Shown here piece after piece: positions 8,946 to 17,267 of a DNA stretch of 32,000 bases. The notes beneath the pieces are model-generated. The model was given only the letters and a program-made list of their open reading frames with translations. It was not told where the DNA came from and did not search any database. The DNA lies in contig SHMX01000005.1 of NCBI GenBank assembly GCA_008080745.1, positions 192,847 to 224,846 on the forward strand. Reading direction: 5' to 3'. This DNA is from Candidatus Thorarchaeota archaeon. Lineage in GTDB: Archaea; Asgardarchaeota; Thorarchaeia; Thorarchaeales; Thorarchaeaceae. Position numbers and translations under genes: made by a program. Each line of letters begins with the position of its first letter. Within the stretch, counting starts at the first letter, position 1.

Positions 8946-9734
8946 TTGACCTACAAGAGAAAGTTGAATGCGGCTAGCTTCGTCAGAAAGACAAAACTAA
9001 TCGTTGGTCTTGATATTCCTGCGGAGATGGCAGGAAAGACTATCGATGCCAGAGCTGCTGAGAGAGAACGTGTAGAAAAAGAAGCTATGCGTATAATTGA
9101 AGCAACAGCAGATTATGCGGTTGCGTACAAGTTCAATCGTCAATTGGTCCTCCCTATCGGAGTATTTGATGGTGTACCCCGATTGATTGATGCAATTCAC
9201 GATTTGGGTCTGACCGCAATTATGGACTGTAAAATCAACGACGTAGGATCAACTAACCATCATATTGCACGGTATTATTTTGATGCTGGATTTGATGCAG
9301 TTATTGCAAATCCCCTCGTAGGAATGGAGGGTGGTCTTGATTCAGTATTCAAGTTGGCCAAAAATAGAGAAAAAGGTGTGATAACCCTCTGCTATATGTC
9401 TCATCCCGCAGCTCATGAAGGGTACGGTCTCCAAGTCGCTACAGATGAAAAGATGAAACAACATGAACCTCTGTATGTTTCATTTGCGAAAAAGGCCAAG
9501 CTCTGGGAAACTGATGGTGTTATTGTTGGAGCAACCTATCCAGAAAAGATTCGAGAGATAAAACGGATTCTTGGCGATACCGTTCCCATTATCTGCCCTG
9601 GCGTCGGAGCTCAGGGTGGTACAGCAAAGGTTGCTATGGAGGCAGGAGCTTCATACGTCATCGTTGCTCGATCGATATGTAATGCAGATGATCCAGGAAT
9701 GGTTGCAAAGGAAATTGCAGAAGAAACGCGGTAA
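8946..9734 (+). CDS. pyrF: Orotidine-5'-phosphate decarboxylase
   Basis: IVGLD, YKFN, active-site DCKINDVGST (DxKxxD), VVGAT-like IVGATYPE, PGVGAQGG, IVARSI. Confidence 0.95.
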   Translation: MTYKRKLNAASFVRKTKLIVGLDIPAEMAGKTIDARAAERERVEKEAMRIIEATADYAVAYKFNRQLVLPIGVFDGVPRLIDAIHDLGLTAIMDCKINDVGSTNHHIARYYFDAGFDAVIANPLVGMEGGLDSVFKLAKNREKGVITLCYMSHPAAHEGYGLQVATDEKMKQHEPLYVSFAKKAKLWETDGVIVGATYPEKIREIKRILGDTVPIICPGVGAQGGTAKVAMEAGASYVIVARSICNADDPGMVAKEIAEETR

Positions 9735-9755
9735 AACTAAAATTTATCGCAGTTT

Positions 9756-9950
9756 TTATTCATGTAGTTCTCTATCATCATTTGGCGGTTTGAGTCCGTG
9801 AAATAAGTATTCGAATATCAACAACATTACCAATCCTGGGATGATCCCAATGGAAATCGAATCAATAGGAAAAATTCCAGTGATGAATAGTATTGCGAGT
9901 AACACAATTAGAACGATGTATAGAACGAGTCTTTTATCGTCTTTCATCAT
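9756..9950 (-). CDS. Small two-TM membrane protein
   Basis: MMKDDKR followed by two hydrophobic helices and a charged tail. Start chosen at the internal ATG; ORF track start is 9989. Confidence 0.5.
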   Translation of the reverse strand: MMKDDKRLVLYIVLIVLLAILFITGIFPIDSISIGIIPGLVMLLIFEYLFHGLKPPNDDRELHE

Positions 9951-10284
9951 CTTTTCCACCGTATTTTTTGTTCTTAGATTCTCACACATTTCAGTATGAA
10001 TCTTTATGGTTTACTTCTTTTCTTTCGCTTTCTCTCGGAATGAATCCCATATATGGCGGGAGCTGCCAATATTGCTAGAATTTCGTGCATCTCCTCTCAA
10101 TAATCAATCACTGACAAAATCAATGAACAATTCTGTACATCGTGTATCAAAAACGAACTATTATTTCTCTGGCAACTCAGAAAAGGATATATCTCAGCAT
10201 CATAAGAATCATACACGGCATGTACTGAAAAGTACATCTACAGAGATGGTATTCTTCCATACGGTCTCTTGGAGCGAATTCTAG

Positions 10285-11556
10285 ATGACAAAGAACGGTT
10301 CTTACGGCTTTGCGACTTGGACATCTTTTATCGAAGAGTCACAGATTAGAGCCTTGTTAAAATACAATGTGAAATACTATTTCGCAGGCGGCAAACCTGG
10401 CATCATGCCCACTAAAATATTTTCTAAGATTCTTGCTGACCTTAGTGAGTCCTACGCTCAAGACCCGAAATTGGCTCTTGATGATCTCAATTATGGTCCA
10501 ACTGGTGGACAGTCTTGGTTTTTGAAGACTCTGGCAAAACGCCTTTGTGATGTCCGGAATATTCCTATCGATTGCGATGATGAATGGCAGAATGTATCCA
10601 TCACGAATGGCTCACAGCAGGCTCTCTATGCACTTCTTGATACAATGATTGACCCAGGTGATGTGATAATCACTCCCTCTCCTGCATATCTTGGCTTCCT
10701 CGTACCCGCAGTAAAACTTGGTGCAAGGATTATTACCATACCAACTGATCTTGAGGGTATCATTCCAGAGTATGTAGAGAAGGCAATACATGTATCAAAG
10801 ATAAAATTCGGCAAAACACCTGATATTCTATATGTTGTTCCTGATTCGGATAATCCTAAGGGCACAACCCTTCCTATGAAACGAAGACAGGCACTCTATG
10901 ATATCTGTGAAAATCACAATATTCTCCTACTCGAAGACTCTGCATATGCGGAGATTCAGTTTAAGAAAAATCCCCCTCCGATCAAGACCCTCGATAAAGA
11001 TAATCTGCGAGTAGCTTATCTTGGAACCACAAGCAAAGAAGCTGCAGTTCTTAGAGTTGGATATTCCGTTCTTCCAGCTTCCGTTCGTGAACAGGTATTG
11101 AAAGACAAGGGATATCTAGACCTTTGCACCTCTACTTTGGTTCAGCGTATTCTAAACGAATACTATAGCAAGTATATTGATGAAGCAATGGCAAAGGCAA
11201 TTCCGCTGTATCGTGAGCGATACGAAGCAATGGCAAAGGCAATTGATGAATCATTCCCTGCAGGTACTCGAACAGACCCAACTGGTGGTTTCTTCATCTG
11301 GTGGGAGAGTGAAGACACAAGTTTTGATAGTAGCCGCTTCATGCAAGAGGTTGCTATTCCTCATGATCTTCTTTATGTTCCAGGTGGACCATTCTATCCA
11401 ATATCGGGTTACACATTATCCGATAACGGGAATGATCTTATTGACAGCAAACCCGAATCCAATACTATGCGAATTGGATTCTCATATGCTTCACCGGAGA
11501 TTATCTCTGAAGGAATTCATAGACTGGGAGAACTTCTCACAAAAGAACTAGGCTAA
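10285..11556 (+). CDS. PLP-dependent class I/II aminotransferase (LysN/2-aminoadipate transaminase-like)
   Basis: FAGGKP, LNYGPTGG, ITNGSQQAL, PAYLG, NPKGTT, EDSAY, PLP-lysine region GTTSK..LRVGY, GGFFIW, MRIGFS. Confidence 0.92.
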   Translation: MTKNGSYGFATWTSFIEESQIRALLKYNVKYYFAGGKPGIMPTKIFSKILADLSESYAQDPKLALDDLNYGPTGGQSWFLKTLAKRLCDVRNIPIDCDDEWQNVSITNGSQQALYALLDTMIDPGDVIITPSPAYLGFLVPAVKLGARIITIPTDLEGIIPEYVEKAIHVSKIKFGKTPDILYVVPDSDNPKGTTLPMKRRQALYDICENHNILLLEDSAYAEIQFKKNPPPIKTLDKDNLRVAYLGTTSKEAAVLRVGYSVLPASVREQVLKDKGYLDLCTSTLVQRILNEYYSKYIDEAMAKAIPLYRERYEAMAKAIDESFPAGTRTDPTGGFFIWWESEDTSFDSSRFMQEVAIPHDLLYVPGGPFYPISGYTLSDNGNDLIDSKPESNTMRIGFSYASPEIISEGIHRLGELLTKELG

Positions 11557-11564
11557 AGTTGAGT

Positions 11565-11602
11565 GTGCGGAATGGTGTCGGATTTCCGATACCATTCTAC
11601 AC
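11565..11602. terminator. Long hairpin at the convergent aminotransferase/bshC junction
   Basis: GAATGGTGTCGG (11570-81) pairs with CCGATACCATTC (11586-97) with one G-U and a 4-nt loop; the stem is extendable. Overlaps the bshC stop codon. Confidence 0.55.
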
Positions 11603-13312
11603 CATGAAGTTGATGAAGAGTGTAGCACCGTTTTTAAGACCCTGTGAGTGTGCACGCTGATATGGTCCGAACAAATCGGTGAATCCTGAGTTCAATGACC
11701 ATTCTATCCATGACCATGCTGACTCTTGACTAAGCTTATCTGGAGCATATTGGCCGAACGTCCAACTTAGATACTTCTCAATATCTAGTTTCAACATCTG
11801 TAACTCTTCATATTTTCCTCCAGAAGTTTCTTCTATCTCTTTGATTATTTCTTCATAGGCATCATTGAGTTGAGAATGAACTGAATGAAGATACTGGGAG
11901 AATTCCTGAACTGCATCATTCATCTTCTGATCATTTTCTTTTCGTCTGAATTTGTTGATTCTTCCACTCAGTTTAAACAAGTCACGATCATGAAGCACTG
12001 GAATGTCTTTTTTCTTGAGCTCCTTTCCTAACTCCTCATTCCAAGGTGTATTAAAATAGGTTCTAGGATATCTAATAAAAGCTGGAAAAGGCTCATCCAT
12101 CTCTTTTGCAGCTGGGATGACCTGTGCATAATATGCCGTTTCTCCAGGACCACCTACATGTGCAATTGTGGGTATTATTGTATCAATAGCAAGTTGCCTT
12201 GAATCAACTCGAAGGGAGAGCTGCTCTGCATGTTCTTCCAAATCTGGTTCCCCTTTTTCCACCTCTATCTGTATTTTTTCACCACAAGATGGACATTTCC
12301 CCTCTAATATTGCATTAGAACCTTGATCACGATAAACAAGCTCAGTCCTACTATTGTTACAATCCCTATTTGGACACTCATAGAGAAAAGGCACATAGTC
12401 CTTACCTCTGGACCCTGCCCCTGTAGCATACCCCTCTGCCCCTATCATTTGTGTTGCATTTTCATGGGCCCGTAGAAATGCACTACGTTTGTCTTGACTA
12501 AGTAGGTATTCCAAACCACTAAGAAGGGCTCTTCGGATTCTTTTATCTCCCGCAGGGACCAAAGGTATCCCAAGATTGCCTTCTATATTGAATAGGGAAC
12601 CAAGAATTCTGGTTGCCCATTCTCCTAATGTTTTTGAATTGACAAATGCCTTGCGAGTAACCGTTAATGCATGTTCAAGACGCTCATCAAGAAGTATTCT
12701 TGCTGTTCCATCAAGAACTTTGAATAGAGGTCTGTAACTTGATTTAATCGATTCTTCTGCCTCTCTGTACCACTCATAATCTGGGAGCGGAAGATGATTT
12801 ACAGGGGAGTATTCATAACCTTCTGGAACTGGGATGCTGATGAGATTCCCATTTTGTCCGATATTGGGTGTTCTGATATTGGTTAATTCAGATTGCACAA
12901 CGTCATAGTCTGCAATACAGAAATATGGTGTAACGGTTATTCCATTCTGGGTACAGTATTCCGATATTGAAACTGCTGATGCAGCTTTGTTTAGAATATA
13001 CCCGGGTCCGCCCATGACTATAGTCTGGTGTGCAGATTCAACTGCACCATCATGCAGATTCATTATTGAACTATGTACTTTGGGTGTCAAGCAGTTCATT
13101 TCTCTGTTTATCTCAACTAACACCCTCTGAATCTCTTTCACTCGTTCCTGTGAAAACCATGGTGACTTTTTATATTTTGCAAGTATATCTGGTACTCTGG
13201 TATGCAACCCCCCCATTTCTAGCACTGGCAGATTATAGAGATACTTCGCTAAGTCTTCGTTCTTTTGTTCCCAGATATAATCTTGATATATGTGATAGAC
13301 ACTTGGTTCCAT
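11597..13312 (-). CDS. bshC: Bacillithiol biosynthesis protein BshC (putative cysteine-adding enzyme)
   Basis: SAHQ..VMGGPGY..NKAASA (cf. GQQ..LF.GPLY..YK), IADYD (cf. A.EDHD), C-terminal HVGGPGETAYYAQV..A (cf. Y.GGPGE.AY.AQL), FPAFIRYPR. Lies directly downstream of bshA. Confidence 0.85.
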   Translation of the reverse strand: MEPSVYHIYQDYIWEQKNEDLAKYLYNLPVLEMGGLHTRVPDILAKYKKSPWFSQERVKEIQRVLVEINREMNCLTPKVHSSIMNLHDGAVESAHQTIVMGGPGYILNKAASAVSISEYCTQNGITVTPYFCIADYDVVQSELTNIRTPNIGQNGNLISIPVPEGYEYSPVNHLPLPDYEWYREAEESIKSSYRPLFKVLDGTARILLDERLEHALTVTRKAFVNSKTLGEWATRILGSLFNIEGNLGIPLVPAGDKRIRRALLSGLEYLLSQDKRSAFLRAHENATQMIGAEGYATGAGSRGKDYVPFLYECPNRDCNNSRTELVYRDQGSNAILEGKCPSCGEKIQIEVEKGEPDLEEHAEQLSLRVDSRQLAIDTIIPTIAHVGGPGETAYYAQVIPAAKEMDEPFPAFIRYPRTYFNTPWNEELGKELKKKDIPVLHDRDLFKLSGRINKFRRKENDQKMNDAVQEFSQYLHSVHSQLNDAYEEIIKEIEETSGGKYEELQMLKLDIEKYLSWTFGQYAPDKLSQESAWSWIEWSLNSGFTDLFGPYQRAHSQGLKNGATLFINFMV

Positions 13313-13323
13313 GAATTAACATC

Positions 13324-14487
13324 CTATTTTTCTACTGCTTCTTCAAAGACCTTCTCATACAGTGGCACAATTGCTTGTGCTGAAAATGATTCCTCTACTC
13401 GCCTTCTACCTGCCTTTGCATATTTTTTCCTACTCTTTTCATCATTGAGGAGATCGATAATGGCCTCAGCAAATTCTTCCTGTTCAAATCCCTTTGTTAC
13501 CTCTCCATCAATACCGGGACGGACCAATTCTGGGATTCCTCCTGCAGGGGTTGTGATGATTGGTAATTCACAAGCCATTGCCTCAAGAAGGACCAACGGC
13601 ATTCCCTCCATGGTTGAGTTCAGTAGGAATATGTCTGCTGCAGACATTATTTCTTGGATATTACTCTTAACACCTAGAAGGTGTACATTATTGCATAAAT
13701 CCAATTCTTCGATTTTTCGTTCTACCTCTATACGTGTGGGTCCATCTCCAGCAATTATCATTCGGGTTTCTGGTTGATGGTCTACTACTATACGCATGAT
13801 TTCTATGAGATCAACTACCCGTTTCACCTTTCGAAAATTGGATGCGTGGAAAAGAACTTTTTCTTCGGGGAGAATGATTTCCGGGTCCTCCACATTTCTT
13901 AGTGAAACACAGCCGCTTTCTACCACTAATCTGTATCCTTTTACAGGCTGAAACTCTTCTACATCTATGAAGTTTGGAATGACATGAATTTCACGACTGA
14001 TTTCAAGCTCGTTGATGGCTTTATTTTTTAGAAACTCGGAAACCGCGGTAACACCATTCGCTTCTTGAACTGTATGTTGAACTACAGGTTTGTAAGCGGG
14101 ATCCAAGCCAAGAGTGTGAACGTCCGACCCATGAAGAGTCACTACATATGGAATACCTGAGATTTCTCTTGCCATATATGCGGACATAGCATGAGGGATA
14201 GCATAGTGTGCGTGGATGATATCTAATTTGGCCTCTTTTACAACCTTCAAAATTTTTGAAGCAAGTGCCATAGAATAGGGCGGACCCACCGCTTTGAAAA
14301 GAGGATAATCGAATCTATCAACAAGGTCCACATAGATTCCCCTTGGTTGTTCCCACATTAGAGAGAAGGGTCTCTCATAGGTGATGAAATGGATAATATG
14401 TTCTCGTTTTGCTAGGGCATGACTCAATCGGGTAGCTAAGTAACCCGAACCCCCAACAGAGGGATACATGTTTACGCCTATTCTCAC
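13324..14487 (-). CDS. bshA: N-acetyl-alpha-D-glucosaminyl L-malate synthase (GT4)
   Basis: MRIGVNMYPSVGGSG.LAT.L, HFITYERPF, IHAHYAIPHA, VTLHGSD, HASNFRKVKRV, EGMPLVLLEAMAC. GTG start at 14487 preceded by AGGTGA SD. Confidence 0.92.
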   Translation of the reverse strand: MRIGVNMYPSVGGSGYLATRLSHALAKREHIIHFITYERPFSLMWEQPRGIYVDLVDRFDYPLFKAVGPPYSMALASKILKVVKEAKLDIIHAHYAIPHAMSAYMAREISGIPYVVTLHGSDVHTLGLDPAYKPVVQHTVQEANGVTAVSEFLKNKAINELEISREIHVIPNFIDVEEFQPVKGYRLVVESGCVSLRNVEDPEIILPEEKVLFHASNFRKVKRVVDLIEIMRIVVDHQPETRMIIAGDGPTRIEVERKIEELDLCNNVHLLGVKSNIQEIMSAADIFLLNSTMEGMPLVLLEAMACELPIITTPAGGIPELVRPGIDGEVTKGFEQEEFAEAIIDLLNDEKSRKKYAKAGRRRVEESFSAQAIVPLYEKVFEEAVEK

Positions 14488-14595
14488 GCAATTCACCTTT
14501 TTGTTTGACCCTGGTTCTACTCGCCTTTAAGAGCAGTGGTAGTAGCATGATTTCTAGTCAGAAACTTGATATTACTGAATGGGGTATCCTAGCAT

Positions 14596-15261
14596 ATGAC
14601 TGAGGAATCTGCTTGTGTTCTCGTAATCATAGCTCATCCAGATGATGAATCTCTTGGAGCGGGAGGGACAATACGTCAGCATGTCATCAACGGTATTCCT
14701 GTCGACGTGCATTGTATGACTGGAAACGAGGAACGGAACGAAGAGCTGAAGAAAGCATGTTCGGTTCTTGGAGTTAGAAATCTCTATCTGAGTGAACGAG
14801 AAGATTTTGATATTGACATGAGTATGGTTCATGAGGTTGTGGCAACCATTCTAAAGTCGCGCCCAACCATAATCATCACGCATTCTCAGGAGGATTATAA
14901 CCGAAACCATCAGATTTGTGCTCAGATAGTAGAGCAGGCTGTGGAGTGGGCCTCTCATATTACCATATTTGACAATGCTCATCGTGTAGAACGCATCTAT
15001 CACATGGAGATTAATTCTCTGCATCCTCATCCTCATGTGCATGTGAATATAACTAACTCCTATTCAGAAGCTTTGCATGCACTAAGACAACATAAATCTC
15101 AGACTTCAAAGGCAAATGATTTCTACGAAAAATTGTATGATGCACGAACTAGATTGCGCGGCGTACAGGCTGATGTAAAACGGGCTGAGGCATTTACAAT
15201 ATCATTGCCAAAGCACGCTGGTCCATTCTATCCTGAGAACAGTGTTGAAACACTGGTATAG
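14596..15261 (+). CDS. bshB: PIG-L/LmbE-family deacetylase, putative GlcNAc-malate deacetylase
   Basis: IAHPDDESLGAGGTI motif, H.SQ, R.RG...AEAF. Divergent from bshA. The second motif is atypical (DYNRNH instead of DxHPDH). Confidence 0.75.
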   Translation: MTEESACVLVIIAHPDDESLGAGGTIRQHVINGIPVDVHCMTGNEERNEELKKACSVLGVRNLYLSEREDFDIDMSMVHEVVATILKSRPTIIITHSQEDYNRNHQICAQIVEQAVEWASHITIFDNAHRVERIYHMEINSLHPHPHVHVNITNSYSEALHALRQHKSQTSKANDFYEKLYDARTRLRGVQADVKRAEAFTISLPKHAGPFYPENSVETLV

Positions 15262-15266
15262 GTCCG

Positions 15267-15665
15267 TTAACTGCCCTCTGCCTTCTTTCTGCGAGCTGCG
15301 AGAAGGGCTTTGAGCTCACCCATCATTCCGCCTCCACCGCCTCCGCCAGCTGGCTTGGGTGGGGGTGCTCTAGCTATTGGAGCCTTTGCCATTGCTGGAG
15401 CTGCATCAGCTGCATCGGATGGACCTGATGAAGATGGTGTAAATGACCCTGATGCTAGTTTACTCTGCATAGAACCTATCTGTGACTCTAAACCGCCGAC
15501 CTCACTTCTCAGAGTTGCTACTTCGGATTGTAGACCTTCAATAAACTCGATTAGTTTCTTGGTAATGGTACTAACAACTTCTCCAAGTTCGCGTAATTTC
15601 TCTTCTGTTGGATCTTTTAGAGCCCATTCGAACTCTTCCATAATGAAATCTTCATCGTCACCCAT
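15267..15665 (-). CDS. Coiled-coil / Pro-rich / Ena-VASP FAB-like (WH2-related) protein; candidate actin regulator
   Basis: Heptads LIEFIEGLQSEVATLRSEVGGLESQIGSMQSKL; flexible Ser/Ala/Pro linker ending APPPKP; C-terminal GGGGGGGMMGELKALLAARRKKAEGS. The CDS is well supported; the function is inferred. Confidence 0.7.
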   Translation of the reverse strand: MGDDEDFIMEEFEWALKDPTEEKLRELGEVVSTITKKLIEFIEGLQSEVATLRSEVGGLESQIGSMQSKLASGSFTPSSSGPSDAADAAPAMAKAPIARAPPPKPAGGGGGGGMMGELKALLAARRKKAEGS

Positions 15666-15786
15666 ATGTATTCAGACCCCTAAGTAGGCATATCTGATTT
15701 TATTTAATTGTGCTATAAACCTTGTTTGCTTATGGTTGTCTTGCATGATAGACTTTGTCATTTCGCAATATGAAGTCACTGCTTTT

Positions 15787-17163
15787 TCAAAGCTTCTTCA
15801 TGGTTTCCTCTACCACTGATTTCGCCAGTACAAGAATTTCATGGGTTCTTGCCTTGTTAGCTGCCTCACAGGTGATACGAATGATTGGTTCTGTCCCTGA
15901 GGGTCGTACGAGAAGCCATCCATCCTCAAGAACTATTCCTAGTCCATCTACAGTTAGAACCTCAACAACATCGCCCATTGATTTAGGTAAATATTCAGAG
16001 AGTTGTTCCATCGCTTCCTCTTTCTGATCATTAGGACAAGGCACTTTTGTTTTTTCAAGGGGATAGACTGGAATCTCTGCAATAAGCTCACCGAATGCTT
16101 TTCCTGTTTCAGCCATACTTTCAAGAATCTTGCAAATTGCTAAGAATGGCTCAGGTGCAAGATGGAACTCGGGAAAGATAAAGACTCCACAGGCCTCGCC
16201 TCCCATAATCGCCTTTTCCTCCTTGATTTTCACTGCGACTTGGATGTCACCGACAGGAGTTCGGATTGTCTTTCCACCCGCTCTTTGAACAGTTTCATCA
16301 AGGACCTTTGAACTGTCCACAGTGGTGACAATTGTCTTATTCGATTCCTCTCTAAGATAGCTCTTAGCAATCAGAGCAATGGTTCGGTCTCCCCGAACAA
16401 CCTCTCCTGTTTTTGTCACAAAAACAACTCGGTCCGAATCGCCGTCGTGCGCAATTCCCAAATCAGCCCCTGTCTTCTGGATGAGTTGAATTAGGTCTGT
16501 TAGTGATTCTTCTTCAGGTTCAGATTTTCTTCCAGGAAAATGACCATCAAGTTGACTATTTATGCTGACTACTTTACATCCCAATTCTTGCATCAGGTAT
16601 GGAGTTAGCACACAGGCAGCACCATTACCAGGATCAACTATCACCTTGTATCTCTTAGACCTGATCAGGTCTGCTCTGCACTGGTTGAGTAAGCGTGAGA
16701 TATGCTGACTTACTAGGTTTGGAATCATGGATTCTTTTCCGAGTTGGTCCCAGTCTGCCACCAAGTATTCTTTGGAATGGTATATCCGTTCCAATTCGGA
16801 CTCGATATCCTGTGTGAGACCCATGCTATCAGCACCCCAGAACTTGACTCCTGTGTATTCCGGTGGATTATGAGAAGCTGTCACCATCAGGCCCGCATCA
16901 TATCCAAGCTCTCTGGTCATCAATGCCAAAGTTGGTGTAGGGATTATTCCTGTGCGTACCACATTCACCCCGGTTGACAACAATCCCGCTGAAAGAGCAT
17001 CTGCAATCATCAGTCCGGTAATTCTAGCATCTCTTGCAATCAAGACGGTACCTCTTTTCAGATAGGTGCCAAGCGATTTACCCAAACGCATTGCCATCTC
17101 TACATCGAACTCTGTTCCGTATACCTTTCGGACTCCGGTCGTTCCAAAGAGCTTCTTAGTCAT
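15787..17163 (-). CDS. glmM: Phosphohexomutase (phosphoglucosamine mutase / PMM-PGM family)
   Basis: LFGTTGVR, phospho-Ser loop TASHNP, metal loop DGDSDR, GGEACG, RPSGTEP. Substrate specificity (GlmM vs PMM) is not resolvable here. Confidence 0.85.
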   Translation of the reverse strand: MTKKLFGTTGVRKVYGTEFDVEMAMRLGKSLGTYLKRGTVLIARDARITGLMIADALSAGLLSTGVNVVRTGIIPTPTLALMTRELGYDAGLMVTASHNPPEYTGVKFWGADSMGLTQDIESELERIYHSKEYLVADWDQLGKESMIPNLVSQHISRLLNQCRADLIRSKRYKVIVDPGNGAACVLTPYLMQELGCKVVSINSQLDGHFPGRKSEPEEESLTDLIQLIQKTGADLGIAHDGDSDRVVFVTKTGEVVRGDRTIALIAKSYLREESNKTIVTTVDSSKVLDETVQRAGGKTIRTPVGDIQVAVKIKEEKAIMGGEACGVFIFPEFHLAPEPFLAICKILESMAETGKAFGELIAEIPVYPLEKTKVPCPNDQKEEAMEQLSEYLPKSMGDVVEVLTVDGLGIVLEDGWLLVRPSGTEPIIRITCEAANKARTHEILVLAKSVVEETMKKL

Positions 17164-17267
17164 AGTGCCCACAATTTACTACTCAAAATTTCTCCATGAA
17201 AAATCTATCTACTGATAGGCAAAATATCTCTATATGTGGTTTTTCTTATTCTTTGCCCGGTGTTCTC

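Noticed and set aside
10006-10284. ORF in frame with the aminotransferase and separated only by a TAG (possible pyrrolysine or readthrough extension)
   Set aside because: The upstream translation is not protein-like, the aminotransferase already has a complete N-terminus at 10285, and there is no Pyl context.
15310-15687. Plus-strand ORF with PPPPPPP (apparent poly-proline protein)
   Set aside because: It is the antisense shadow of the Gly run in the minus-strand gene, which has coherent domains and upstream AT-rich promoter-like sequence.
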